Assembly: GCA_002269645.1 (NCBI GenBank)
Contig: NIVC01001176.1
Span: 186,001 to 250,000 of the forward strand
Origin: Macrostomum lignano
Taxonomy: Eukaryota
Length of the DNA: 64,000 bases
Reading direction: 5' to 3'
The translations under genes and the position numbers were made by a program. Below are positions 19,289 to 33,280 of this stretch, in pieces (position 1 is the stretch's first letter; the number at the start of each line of letters is the position of its first letter). The notes beneath the pieces were generated by a model that saw only the letters and a program-made list of their open reading frames with translations, was not told the DNA's origin and searched no databases.

Positions 19289-19549
19289 AACTTACAACAG
19301 GCAGTCAAGTTAGACGCTAGTGAAGCCGACCGAGTTAAAAAAGCAAAAAGTACCTATGGTCACAGAAAAAAATCACATTAACTGGCAATCAAGTTAGACA
19401 GAAAGCACTCAATCCAGACACCAATTGCTTGTTGAAACCTAATACACGGATGACTTTGAACATTCAACAACCTAGCAATTTCAGACACAAGATCACCACG
19501 CGGACAAGCCAAGCTTGTACGATTATAGCAAGTATAGCAAGAAGGGTAC

Positions 19550-21350
19550 AGAGGGTATGGTAGGTAGAAGCCTACCAGCATGGAAGGACGAAATAGAGAG
19601 TAGGATCCTAGCAGGCAAGTAAAAGGGTATTGAAGGTATGGAGGGTACAGCGAGTAGGAGCCTAGCAGGCGGGGAAAGAGGGTATAAAGAGTAGGAGCCA
19701 GCAGGAGGGCAAGGAGGGAATGGGAGATAGAAACCTAGCAGGCGGGGAAGGGGTGTAAGGAGGGTAAGGATAGCACGTAGTGTAGGAGCCTAGTAGGAGG
19801 GCAAGGAGGGTATGGAGGGTTGGAGGTAGGAGGACAAGGAGGGTATGGAGGGTTGGAGGTAGGAGGACAAGGAGGGTATGGAGGGTTGGAGGTAGGAGGA
19901 CAAGGAGGATATGGAGGGTAGGAGGACAAGGAGGGTATGGAGGGCATGGAGGATAGGAGCCTAGGAGGAGGGTAAGAGGGTATGGAGGGCATGGAGGGTA
20001 GGAGTCTAGCAAGTCTAGCAGGGAGGTAAGAGAATATGGAGGGTAGGAGGGCAAAGAGGGTACGGAGGGTAGGAGGGCTAAGAGAGTATGGAGGGTAGGA
20101 GGGCAAGGAGGGTATGGAGGGCATGGAGGGTAGGAGCCTAGGAGGAGGCATGGAGGTATGAAGGGTAGAAGCCTAGGAGGGGGTAAGAGAGTATGGAGGG
20201 TAGGAGGACTAGGAGGGTATGGAGGGTAGGAGGGCAAGGAGGGTATGGAGGGCATGGAGGGTAGGAGCCTAGGAGGAGGCATGGAGGGTATGGAGGGCAT
20301 GGAGGGTAAGAGCCTAGCAGGAGGATAAGAGGGTATGGAGGGTAGGAGGGCAAGGAGGGTATGGAGGGTATGGAGGGCATGGAGGGTATAGAGGGCATGG
20401 AGGGTAAGAACCTAGGAGGCATGGAGGGTATGGAGGGTAAGAACGGCATGGAGGGTAGGAGCCTAGGAGGAAGCATGGAGGGTATGGAGGGCATGGAGGG
20501 TAAGAGCCTAGGAGGCATGGAGGGTATGGAGGGCATGGAGGGTAAGAACCTATGAGGCATGGAGGGTATGGAGGGCATGGAGGGTAAGAGCCTAGCAGGA
20601 GGATAAGAGGGTATAGAGGGTAGGAGGACAAGGAGGGTATGGAGGGTATAGAGGGCATGGAGGGTATGGAGGGCATGGATGGTAGGAGACTAGGAGGCAT
20701 GGAGGGTATAGAGGGCATGGAGGGTAGGAGCCTAGGAGGCATGGAGGGTATGGAGGGCATGGAGGGTAAGAACCTATGAGGCATGGAGGGTATGGAGGGC
20801 ATGGAGGGTATGGAGGGTAAGAAGGACATGGAGGGTAGGAGCCTAGGAGAGTAGAGACATGGAGGACATGGAAGGCATAGAGGAAAGGAGCCTAGGAGGA
20901 GACATAGAGGGTATGGAAGGCATGGAGGGTAGGAGCCTAGCAAGAGAATAAGAAGATATGGAAGGTAGGAGCCAGCAGGTGGGGAAGGAGGGTAAGGAGG
21001 GTATAGACTATAGAGGGTAGGAGCCTAGTAAAAAGAGAAGGATATTGAGGATATGGAGGATAGGAGCCAGCAAGAGGATAAGAGGTCAAGAGGATATATA
21101 TTATAGAAGGTAAGACCCAGTAGATGGGAAAGGAGGATATAGAGGATAATGAGGGCATAGTGTTTGGTGGATTAGAACCTAGCAATAGGGTAAGGAAAAA
21201 TATATAGAAGGTATAGAGGATAAAAGCCTAGTAGGAGAGCAATAAGGATATGGGAATCCTTAGGAGGTTAGGAGAGGTTAGGGGGCTAGTAGGAAGGCAA
21301 GGAAGGCAAGGAGGATATAGGGATATAGAGAGTAGGAGCCTAGCATAAGG
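19550..21350 (+). repeat. Purine-rich complex minisatellite (GGAGGGTAT / GGAGGGCAT / AGGAGCCT units)
   Basis: ~1.8 kb of 9-mer-based G/A-rich repeats with strong strand asymmetry; limits approximate. Confidence 0.9.
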
Positions 21351-23210
21351 ATAAGGAATATATTTGTAGTATAGACAATAAAAGGACAATATAATACAGA
21401 TATACCCTATCTGTCCCCTTCTAGGACTATAGTCTAGACTCCTATTCTGTCTTCCTTTTCAAAGTTTTTAGCTAGAGGCCTAGTTAAGTTAATCCATGAC
21501 CATATTAATATTTCAAAAGTTTTCCTAATATAAATTAAGGAAAGAAGTCTTCTATAAGGTCTAGAAGAATTTAAGAATTTAAGAATTTTGCAGAAATAAT
21601 CAAATATATAGACAATAAATTAAAATCAATTCTTCCTATTTTGGTCTAAAGGTTTCAAACAATTTTTAGGTAGGCCTAACTTGAAGAAGTTTTGCAGCTT
21701 GTCACTCTTAGGTAACATTAATAATATTAATATTTTATTGGTTAGAGTAAATGATGATGAATTTGTAAAAGCACCCAAGAAAAAACATTAATTAATTTGT
21801 CATAGTTATAAAAACCTGTAGCCTGTATACAAAAACTCTCCACACTGAGGGGAGCCTTGACCTCGAGTAAAGTTTCAAACACATGAAGCACAAGCATAAT
21901 ATATATTTTATGCAAATGAATACGCTAGGCCAGTTCTATACATTTAGCAACGTGAAATTCAAATAAACACAAAACATGCTCAATTTAAAAGCATTATGCC
22001 CCGATTATATCGGGATGATGACATGTTGCCGAAATTCCCGCCATGTTTTCAACCCGATAACATCGGTAAAAAATGGTACATCTACTCCCGATAAGATCGA
22101 TGCCACTCGGGTGGTTTAAGCGCCATTTTAACGTCCTCAGTAAAACAAAACAAATGACAAGATTTTATTTTTAAAAACCGATAAGTATTTATAAACGATG
22201 TTTTAAGGGTTATAAAAACCTAGTTTAAGATTTTAAATGGGTAGATAGTCAGTAGAAACTTGTTTTCTACTATTCGATACTGTAAATTATAATAAATCGC
22301 TAAGTGAGAAATATTTATTAATGATGCTCTAGTTATTTCTTTAAAAAATTTATGATTCTTTTAGGGTAAATAATCATTTTAACGATACTAGATATCAGTT
22401 TAAATTACTTAATTAATATGTATAATCAAGTCCACGTGGACATTGACACGCAGCAATTTAAGTTTTCGTTGTATGCAATTTTCTCACTCCAAATATGTCG
22501 AATAAATTAAAAGATTTTTATTGTTAAGTTTATATCTTCTTCTTCGAATTAGGTTGCTAGATATCAGTTTAAATATCGCCTTGCGAGGGTTGGACTATTT
22601 GTTTCACTTTTTAATTTCTTTGCTTTTCTGGTTCGAATATCCTTGATTAAAATTTATGCTTAGTGTTGATATTATAAAACAATTAGTATTAATTTATGTA
22701 ACCTATCGTACTATTTTGAAATAAATTTTCAATAGTCCTTGTTTTAATTGTATTCAATAATTGCTACTCTGTACCTATTTTTAATTATTATTTTTAGCCT
22801 TGGATGTTGCTTGATTGGATAGTGAAGAAATTATTTATAAACTATTGCATTAATTGCTATTTATAAACAATTTCAATTACTACTGGTATCTAATGACAGT
22901 AGCCAAATGCACTATTTATTAATAATATCCGACTTCCGAGTTTTTGATTGTTATATTAATATTTTTTGGTAATAATCCACTCATTTCATTCAAGCAGTAT
23001 ATTACACACTGTCTTACACATTTACTATTTCTTAAGAATTTCATTTTTTTGTTTAGTTGAAATTTTCTGTAGTATTAATTGTGTTAATTCACTGATTTTA
23101 ATTAATCCCAAAAAGCTGTCTAATTGAAAGTTTTTTGTGTAATATTTACTCCTGCAATTTATCGGTCTGGTTTTTTCTACCTGTGCATTTATCATCACGA
23201 TTTTTACGTA

Positions 23211-26178
23211 ATGGATTTTCTTTATAGTGACGTTTTAGTTTTGGTGCAACAACAATGTGACGCGGTAGGTGATGCGCAGGTACTCGCGGCAAAGTATGTA
23301 AAAGAACCAAGGAAAAAGGTCAATAGATACATTGAGGATACAGTTTATCATTTTAACGACCATCAATTTCGAGATTATTTTAGACAGCCTCGTGCTGCTG
23401 TTCAGTCGTTAGTATTAAAGTTGGCCGCATTTCTCCATCTATTCTAACCGATTGGTACTAGCTCTGTTACAATTATTTTAGTCTTTCTGCGTTACTCTTC
23501 AACCCAGGAATCGTACGAATCTATAGGAACAATTTTAATTTATCTAAGAGTACAGTTAGTTTTATAATTCGTCGCGTATTGAATGCTATGCATGACCAGT
23601 GGGTTTTGTAGAGTCGGTGTATATTCCGTCGCAAGAAGAGTGTCTACAGCACGCCACGCGTTTCAGTCTGCAATCAAGAATTTTTTTTAGTGCTAGTGAT
23701 GGGTTTCGACCTTCGGGCTCCTTGTTAGGGAAGCCTTCGGGCCTCAGGCTCAGAAATAAATCAATTAGAGTCCTGGCCCCCCACTCCTGTCAGATGGTCA
23801 GCCCCATGGTAGCTTGATCGTGTGGCGAGCAGTCTAGGTCCTATAGCTAAGAGAGGGACAGCGAGAGACGAGCAGGGAGAATTTTGAAAGTAGAAATTAG
23901 CTAATCCACAGATCAACTAACTTGCTGCCACCAGCCCGTGCGCCCTGGCTCACCACACCGGGACTCTCGAAATCGGGCTTCCGACTAGAAGGGGCTTTGC
24001 ACTTACCTGCCAACTAGTGTCTTTTTGCTGTCAATCTCGAAGTCATAGCCGATGATAAGGGACACTGCTGGGACTTGATCGCATTGGCCATGCAGGTACA
24101 GAGGGGACTTGTGCAGGGGATTCTTGCGGTGGCGAGTCTATGGGGTAGCTGCATGTACTATTACATTGCTAAATACGAAGATATGTACTTTTGGCCTTCA
24201 ACGCGCCAACTAGCCTCTCATAGCGCTGATGATAGACTAACTCGAACTTCAGAGACCGCATGATTCGTTTACCCGAGCCGCTTGGCTACCCTAGAGTGCA
24301 CAAAGTACATCTCTGGCGCCGATTCTGCACTTCTGGCAGTTTTGCTCACTGATTTGATAGATTAGTCGACTGAAAACTGCCTTGCCATTGGTCCACTGTG
24401 ACCGGCGCCTACTAGCTTAGCTACTCATCTGAGCCATCGGCGAACAAAGAAATAAAACCGATAAAAATAACTGTTATATTTAACCTTCTCCTTAGTTCAC
24501 TTCACACTTCAGATTGAATTGGAGTCTTAGACTACTAGCAGTATTATTGAATGATTTCTGCCTCAGCAACAGCACTACTGAACAAAATGAGCAAAAGTGT
24601 GCGCCTAATTCAGCTACTGCAACAGGGGACAGATAAGGGATCACCCAATCAAGCAAGTCTAGGTAGCCTCTCACCCAACCAATCAGAAACTCAACAGCCG
24701 GAGACCAGGTAATCCATAGTGACCGAATCGGCTCGATGCTCTGCAGCTGTAGACTCGGGATGATGCTGTCACAATCTTCGCTGTTAGCTAGCAGGTGATG
24801 CTCTTAACTTGATGTTCGCTGCTGTCGACCGGGGGACTCGTCCTTGATGATGATGGGGGGAAGTCGCAATCCGGGGATCAAAAAACGACGGTCAGTTCCG
24901 GGCCGGTGGAGTAGGAACCAGGCCAGAGTCGGAACAGGTACCGGTCCGAGCGGGCCAAAAACACCGGTTTAAATAGCCGCCAACTGGACCGCAGTTTGTT
25001 ATAATGGAACACGTCGATTCTGATTGGCTGAGCCGTTTTGTTAAAATGAGCGCCGAATTTTCTGATTGGCTAAGCTTGTTGCTACCCAGAATCACGTGAC
25101 CGAGAGATCCTATCAGTTCCCACAGGGTCGTAAAAAGATGACAGGTGCGGCCATAAATCACTCAAAATCGCAACAAAATGATTTATGACTTTTCGCGTAG
25201 GATTGACGAAAATGAATGAAAAAGTATACATTAGAAAGCTCTTATTAAATAGAAAGTGAAGAAAATGAATAGAAATCGCTAATCGCTAATCCCACAGTAC
25301 TTTTAGGGGTAAAACGCATAGCTGTCAAAGCTGTCACACGCTTGAGTGAACACGAACAATAGGCTCTGACTTCATAAATCTTGATGGGCTGTCAAAATGA
25401 TGAGAAAAAAGCTACCGACCGCATCCTCTCAGACCATCTGGCGCCTGCCTCAACACTGAGTGAGGCGCAGGTGGCTGTCAGACCAGCTTCGAAAGCGATG
25501 ATTTATGACCCAAAAAGCTGCGCCTATGTTATTATGACTACTAGTATGACCAGACATTATATCTAGTATAAATTTTATGAAAATTCGCAGAAAAAGGATA
25601 AAAATGCCCACTGCCCACTGTTAGTAGGCAAGTAAGTTCAGAGCCCATGTGCTAGCGCGGGATTTGGGAAAAAGTGCGTCCTCATCACTAGTATAATTGG
25701 GGCAATAGACGTTAAAGAAGTCCGGATTTTCTGTCCATCTGACAATGGAGAAGCGTATTACAACAGGAAACAATTTCACTCAATTAAGCTGCAAATTGTA
25801 AGTACAAGCACGACCAAAATAATCGAATACTTCATTGGGTGGCCAGGCAGCTCCAACGATTCTCGAGCCTTCCAGCATTCTCCATTACGCGTACAGTTGG
25901 AGGTTCTGCATGAGTGGGGCTTTCGATTAATCGGAGATTCAGCATACCCATGTTCAGAATACCTATTGACACCGTATAAGGGCCGAAACCTTTCTCCGGG
26001 CAAAAAACAATTCAACAAAAAGCTAAGCAAACTACGTCAGTGTGTCAAGCGAACTTTCGGAATTCTGTCCAGGCGTTGGCAGCGAATTAATCACATCAAT
26101 TTCGATAGTTTGAACTCTGCATGCAAGATGATTGAAGCAGTATGCTGTCTGCATAATTTTTCGCTGAAGTTTGACTAA
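23211..26178 (+). pseudogene. Harbinger/HARBI1-type DDE transposase (interrupted at 23697-25687, stops/frameshifts)
   Basis: FRDYFR, FNLSKSTV-like HTH, IIGAID, YYNRKQFHSIKLQ, GWPGSSNDSRAF, LIGDSAYP, FNKKLSKLRQCVKRTFG.L..RW, CCLHNF. Confidence 0.92.
23697..25687. mobile_element. Unclassified 1991-bp insertion (TG...CA termini with CTAG duplication, or GTG...CAC with TA)
   Basis: CTAGTGATGGG ... CTCATCACTAG; removal restores the transposase frame (FFSAS-IIGAID). Confidence 0.7.
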
Positions 26179-26331
26179 CTGCAGTTCCGTCTGCTGGAAG
26201 ACAATGAGCTCATGTTCGTTTTCATTCTTGTTAACAGTTAATTTAATTATCGTAACTTAAACTGCTACGTAAGATGACGAAGTAACTTAAATTAAGTAAC
26301 TTATTGTTCTTAATGTACTTAGTGTTATTGC

Positions 26332-26497
26332 CAGGGACGCACAAGGGAGGGGGTCGGTCCCCCTCATCTAACTTTGGCAGAGACCTGAAAATCAATCATT
26401 GGGATCTAGCACATTTTCGTCAAACACAGAGTCCCCCCTTTTGGGGTCTTTACCCTCCAGAGTCTGGCCAGTCGAAAGATTCCGGGTTGCGCCACTG
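26332..26497. mobile_element. Degenerate hAT-type MITE
   Basis: CAGGG..CGCA / GCGCCACTG termini and G/C runs like the other MITEs; TSD only 5/8. Confidence 0.4.
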
Positions 26498-27116
26498 TCT
26501 ATTGTGATTTTGTTTTCTTTTTCTCAAATCTGCTTTTCTTCGCACACGCTCATACAGTTTTGATGTACATGTACATGTACGAGACATGTAAAATGATGAA
26601 ATTTTAGCAAACCAGTTGATTTATTATATGAACGAGTTTCATTTCAAAAAACGCAAGCAAACTGTAATTCAACGTTGAGTTATGAGCTACAAAGTATATA
26701 GGTTATCGTGGTGCAAATGACGTTGCCAATTGAGAAAGGGTCAGAATAAAGTTGACTTTTATCAGTTAACAGATTGAAGGCTGAACAAAAACAAAAGTGT
26801 TGTGTCTCTCCCGTTATTTTGATGCAACAGTAGTCAGGCTATCACAACCATAATATTGTCCTGCATTTGTCCCCAAGTTGGACCCTATAGATAGGATATC
26901 AATGTCCCTTTTCTTAATGACTTATCCCTGCACTTCGTCGCTCAAATCAGGCCGGAAGCGCTAGCCCTGTCTCATTAATGAATTATCGTTTCTCCGGTCT
27001 ATACCTTGAAGCAGGTGCCATGCAGCCGTGATTGAGCATTTACCTAAATTAAAAACTATAGATCAGTTGGCCGGGTTACATCTATGTAGATTAAGTACAT
27101 GTTTTACATGTACTCG

Positions 27117-28330
27117 TTATTGCTGCACACCTCGACTGCAAAAGTCGAGCATTTTTTTCATTATTTCCATTTCCTTCTCTCTGACCCCAAGTGCGTGCTT
27201 CTCATTCTGCAGTCGCAATTTTTCAACATCCAGTCGTTCACGTTGAATTGCCAACTGTCCTTCTTCTATGCTGGCAACTCTGTCCATGAGGCCTAGCAGC
27301 AGCTTTTTGTTCGACGCCTCGACATCGGTTGCCCTTGTCGTTACGCGCAGGATGGCTGTAGTGGTTGAGTCCTGGAAATCCCTAACTGTTTGGATTAGCT
27401 CAGCAGCACCACTCCGTCTTTTACGGGATTGGGTATAACTTTCAGTCGGTCTGCTGAATTCTTCTGGCGCCAGATCTATAAAGCAATGCACGGATATAGT
27501 ATAACTGTTTGGCGACAGGCCAAGCTTTAAAAAAATTTTATTAAAAAATAATAAAATTACTATTATGTACTTGTACCTAATGCATAAGAAGTTGGCTGTT
27601 GTGTTCGCACTTGATCGTCTATTTCGCCATTCCTCTCCTCCTCAGACAACAACGCCTTCCACTGACGTTTGCAAACACTGAGGCGTGGATCTCCTTTAAA
27701 GTATATGCAGATGAACCTAGTTATTCGAATTCAAGAGAAGTTTTTAGGGACCGCTGGCATTGAAAACCTTACCAACGTTCCTCGCAGAGGGTGCTGTCGG
27801 TAGGTGCTGACGGCCGTATTGCGCTTGGGTAGTTGTTAAGTCATTCATGGCAGAGGCAGATGCGGTCACAGAAGGTGCACATGTCGACGACAGGAGCACA
27901 CGGGGCTGAATCAGAGGGCTGTCGCCCATGTAGTCATCCATCATTGATGCGAATGGATAAACATGCTCCTTCGTCGAGCTGCCAGTTGGAGGATGCTTGA
28001 ATAGCCTGCACGTTTTTTAAATAAACATTAAATATTGCATATGAAACAAATTTCTTGATTATATGAATTCATATCGTATCAGTGAGTGCACACACCAGTA
28101 TCGCCTTCTCTCGTTGTACCACTGAGACTTTAATTGGGACACGGTCTGATGGAAACCTTTCGTCCGCATCTCTTTAGCTATCCTATCATATTTTTCAGCA
28201 GGTCGAACACCATTTAGCTGGTTTATATTTTGCTCGATGGCCAACTGCAAAAAGATTTTCCTCTCATTGAAATGCCATACTCTGGCCTGTGACGTGGAGT
28301 CAATGCGCTCCTGATCTTGCGCTGGGGACG
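27117..28330 (-). CDS. Harbinger second gene: Myb/SANT-like (trihelix) DNA-binding protein, spliced; 5' limit approximate
   Basis: VWHFNERKIF..KYDRIAKEMRTKGF.QT..QLKSQWYNERRRY; next exon ..MMDDYMGDSP; C-terminal coiled coil (LAIQRERLDVEKLRLQ). Confidence 0.8.
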
Positions 28331-30669
28331 AAATGGTTAACTTAATTATTAGATTGAATGGTATGTAATATAAAAATCAAATATATTTGTCAACAAACTA
28401 CTAATATAAACTTATCTCAAACTTGAAGATATTCGAAAGAATGCAACATACAACGATTGTTCTACGTGTACAAACACAAAACCCCAAAAATTTAACTGTC
28501 AATTGATGCACTGAACTAATATTAAAAATAATCATATTGCTTGCAGCTGGCGACCGTGCATTCACGAACGGCAACTCATTTGTTGTGAATGGGACACTCC
28601 TATCATCAATATCGTCAATGACATCGATGATGCGACTTGTAGTCTCGACGTCTTTGAGTGTCAGATTCAGCAATCCATTCTCGAAGGTTGCAGTTGCTAT
28701 GTTTTATTAAAACGTTAGAGTGCAAGAGTAGACTATTGTCTGAGATTGTTTAAATGACAATGCTACGGATTGTCAACCAAACTTAAGTAAGTACAAATCA
28801 GCATTGGGACTTGCAATAAAAATTGGACTTACCTCCCGACAAAAAGTGCACTGCACTGTCATGGCTAGTCGAGTCAACCAAAATCTTGAGTAGACGTCCA
28901 GCTTGCTAGATAAAAATCTGAAAGTTGGACATTACTCTGCAATTAAATTCTTAAGAAATAGTAAAATGTGAAATGTAAAATATGTAACGCAGTGTATGAC
29001 AGTGTGTAATATAATGATTAAATGAAATGAGTGGATTATTACCAAAAATATTAATATAACAATCAAAAACTTGGAAGTCAGATATTATTAATAAATAGTG
29101 CATTTGGTTACTGTCATTAGATACCAATTGTTTATAAATAAATAAATAAATTTGAAATTGTTTATAAATAGCAATTAATGCAACAGTTTATAAATATTAT
29201 AGCTAGCTTCACTGTCCAATCAAGCAACATCCAAGACTAAAAATCTAGAAAAATAGGTACAGAGTAGCAATTATTGAATACAATTAGAACAAAGACTATT
29301 GAAAATTTATTTCAAGATAGTACGGTAGGTTACATAAATTAATACTAATTGTTTTATAATATCAACACTAATTAAAAGTCTTTAACACTAAGCACAAATT
29401 TTAATCAAGGATATTCGAACCAGAAAAGCAAAGAAATTAAAAAGTGAAACAAATAGTCCAACCCTCGCAAGGCGATATTTAAACTGATATCTAGCAACCT
29501 AATTCGAAGAAGAAGATATAAACTTAACAATAAAAATCTTTTAATTTATTCGACATATTTGGAGTGAGAAAATTGCATACAACGAAAACTTAAATTGCTG
29601 CGTGTCAATGTCCACGTGGACTTGATTATACATATTAATTAAGTAATTTAAACTGATATCTAGTATCGTTAAAATGATTATTTACCCTAAAAGAATCATA
29701 AATGTTTTAAAGAAATAACTAGAGCATCATTAATAAATATTTCTCACTTAGCGATTTATTATAATTTACAGTATCGAATAGTAGAAAACAAGTTTCTACT
29801 GACTATCTACCCATTTAAAATCTTAAACTAGGTTTTTATAACCCTTAAAACATCGTTTATAAATACTTATCGGTTTTTAAAAATAAAATCTTGTCATTTG
29901 TTTTGTTTTACTGAGGACGTTAAAATGGCGCTTAAATTCATTTTAAGTCATTTTAAGTTATTTTAAGCCACTCGAACGCACCCTATACTTAAAATGAAGT
30001 AAATGAATACTTAAACTATGAAGTATAGAAAAACTATATTTTGTGTGATTTTATTACTGTTCTATAAAAATTTCTTTTTTGACGAAACTAGTATTAATTT
30101 TTGTTTATCTTAACACAATTATCCGAATATTCAAATTGCATTCTGAATCTCTTGTGCAGTATAAACATATTACCTTTGGCTTTATAGCCTAAAAAGTCCA
30201 GGTTTCATGCCTTCTAGTCTTATTCTGCAACTGGAAAATTCTCTAACCATAATTTTCAATCAAAATTGTTTATGCCTAGCTATGCGTATGCCTTTATAAT
30301 ATTAAATAATGATTTTGTAATTTAATTCAGATTTACTTTAATACTAATATAGCATAGGTAGGGCCTAAATGAACTTAAAAAAAAATCATTTAGCCATTAT
30401 TATGGTTTCAGTGAGAAAACTTAATATATAAAAGCCTATAGGGCTCATATTTTCATTAAGCTATTATTTATAGCCATGGCTAATTCAAGGAAATGGGCTT
30501 TGCTTGCTTGCCTTGCAAAGCCTTTGCTTTGACCTTTCTAATTCTAGGCTAATATATAATGATTGTTGTGATACCAATACAAGTGCAGCTAATTCTTGAG
30601 CAGCATTATGATATCATTCTGGAATATTCAAGAAGTGATTTTATCACTTCTTATCACTTCAATAAGTGT

Positions 30670-30895
30670 TTTCATTATTTATTTAGCTTGTAATTGTTTC
30701 TTAATTGCTGACCTTGCGGGTTTTTATTGTTTATTTAGCTTGTAATTGTTTCTTAATTGTTGAATTTGCTTGTTTTCATTGTTTATTTAGCTTGTAATTG
30801 TTTCTTAATTGTTAACTTTGTGTGTTTTTATTGTTTATTTAGCTTGTAATTGTTTCTTAATTGTTGAATTTGCGTGTTTTTTTGTTCATTTAGCG
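30670..30895 (+). repeat. 52-bp AT-rich tandem repeat (~4.3 copies)
   Basis: ATTTAGCTTGTAATTGTTTCTTAATTG recurs at 30681, 30733, 30785, 30837. Confidence 0.9.
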
Positions 30896-31462
30896 GCTTG
30901 TTTTTTTTACTTATTATTAAGTTAGCTTTCAGTTTATTCTTTCTTTGTCTATCTGTTCATTGTTTATTTAATTGCCACACCAAATAAATTTGATCTTGAA
31001 GCGGCCACCTTTGTTAATAATGCGACAGTCTGTCGTACCTAAATAAATATTTCGCACTATATTCACGACCATTTTTTGTTTACTCGGAAAAATAAACTCT
31101 TATTCGAGAGAGTAAAAACTAAATTGCATGTACGTGCAATTATTGTAAGAAAATATTGGAAGTAATTGTAATTCAATTGCAGTAAAATTGCAATTTTCGT
31201 GAAGTCTCGCATGATGATTGTAATTTTATTGCAATTTAATTGCACTTTTTGCACAATTGAATTGCACTCAAATTGCACTTCTTGCACAAGTTTTCGCAAT
31301 TATGGCACGTAATTTTTTGTAATTTTCGCAATTCGTTGGGTCATGTGTATTCTATGTACTGCAGTTCTAGTTTTGGTTCGTCCATTTTTAGAAGCATTTA
31401 TGAGCGTATTTCTACATTATACAGTATATAGTTATTGAACTTTGTATAGACTTTTGCTCAGT

Positions 31463-31665
31463 CAATGGCAGCGCAGCACCTCGCAGTTGGGGGAGGGGGT
31501 GGCGGTGGTTGGGTGGTCACCCCCCCCTACCCCCTACTAAAAATCAGCAAATTGTATGACTAGTCAGAAAAAAAATTCTCGTGGCCTTGCGCATACTTTC
31601 AGAATTTTTTGTTTAAGGGGTGCCAGTGGTCACCCGGGCGCTACAGCCCCACTGCGCCGCCACTG
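31463..31665. mobile_element. hAT-type MITE
   Basis: TIRs CAATGGCAGCGCAG / CTGCGCCGCCACTG; perfect 8-bp TSD TGCTCAGT. Confidence 0.85.
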
Positions 31666-33280
31666 TGCTCAGTTTAAATACTCGATATATTTCTGTTAGT
31701 ATAATGTGTTGTATGCATGTTTTCTGTTTTGTAAAAAAATCTTCACGCATTTATCCAGTTTTTGTTTTTTTGTTCTTTTCTCCAGCTCAGTATCATTTTA
31801 CACAGTGAGTTTACACCTCACTTTCTTATTTAGCAGTTAAAGATTTTCTCAAGACTTGCTATTTATTAGTAAAGCCCTGGAGTTTAAAATGTTTTTTGCT
31901 GTTTCCTGAGTTAATGTTTGAAAATATTTTTATAATTAGCCACGCAAATATTAATCTTAAAATCTATGCACAGTTCTGATTGCTTTAATTCTTTGATCAA
32001 CCTCGGATTGCTGTTTGGGTTGACCTGGTGAAGTCATCTCAGCTGCACGGTTGCATGACAGTTACAATTGAGCTGCAAGTAAGAATTTTGCATTGGTTAG
32101 CATCTCTTGATTAGCATCTCTTTTGCATTATTGTGCATCTCTTCTTTAAAGAAAGAGATAGATTTTTATAATTATTATAAATCATATATTGCAATAAATA
32201 TTGTTTTCTTTAACGACATGTAAATATACAATGCCAATTGTTATTTTTGTATGCTTAAATTTACTTTGTGACAAATTCAATTAAGCCTTATTATCTATTA
32301 GTACTTTTCGTGCAACCAACCATGGCTGAATCACATTCAGCCATGGATAGATCACGTTAAATATTTTATAATTAATATCTTGCAGCTGTCCCACAACATT
32401 TCTGGACCAAATGATTAAGACACATTTCTATGTTTTCTCGTGAAGAATAAAAATCGAGCAGGAAAGCATAAGTTGTATTGTAGGTACTGAATATAAAGCA
32501 TCTAACATGAATAAGTCAGGAACAAAATTAATTTTTTATGTGAATCCTAATTATAAATTAGATCTTACTTGAAGTGTTGAAATTCTAAATAAAAATGCAG
32601 AAATGAACATTAAGTAGAATTTCCATTAAGTACTACAATAAGTCATTTTTTATTTTTCAAGTAGGCCCCTAGTTTTTCAGAAGTAATATTGCAAAAAGTG
32701 CTGAGCGAAGGGTATTTAAAGATAGTTCCATTCCTTATTTAATAAATCTTTGTTTCTTATTTAATTTCAAACTGAGTATTGTTCATTCTTCAAATAGTCA
32801 AATATAGTAACTAAACATTCTAAACAAATATTTTTTAGACTTTAGGCTTCTTAATTCTATTGATCAGGAAGTCCTTTCAAGGAAGTCTTTTCGAGTACAA
32901 TGCTAATTTTTTTACGCCGGCAGAATTCTTGCCACGATAAATTTGAATGCATACGACTTGGAGCAAAAAAAACAAAATGTTGCTCAAAAACACTTTCTAC
33001 TTTGATTTACTGTTGCTATTGAAGCAAAAGTAAAAATAATTTGCATATTTAAAATAAAAAAGAATTAGAAGATTATTTTTTCACAATTTTTTTCGTTGTC
33101 CTTTCCGTTACACAGAGTAACAAATTGCTTAATTTCTTCTCATATTTCTGTTTTTCGTGGTTTTAATAGCAGTTTCCTAAAGACCTTGTTGAAAAAAAAC
33201 ACTTTTATGTGATTATTGACTATTTAAAAAACTTTTTTTCAATAACAAAAATTCTTGACCTAGCTTTGAGAACGACCCAT

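Larger units (their letters stand above)
22107..29983. mobile_element. PIF/Harbinger DNA transposon with very long TIRs (decayed)
   Basis: Convergent DDE transposase and Myb/SANT genes between inverted repeats ~22107-23041 and ~28945-29983; right terminus ...CGAACGCACCC; the outermost ~10 bp of the left end are missing. Confidence 0.85.

Noticed and set aside
19662-21185. Pro/Ser-rich and MEG-repeat ORFs
   Set aside because: Translations of the purine-rich minisatellite, open in several frames because the repeat lacks stop codons.
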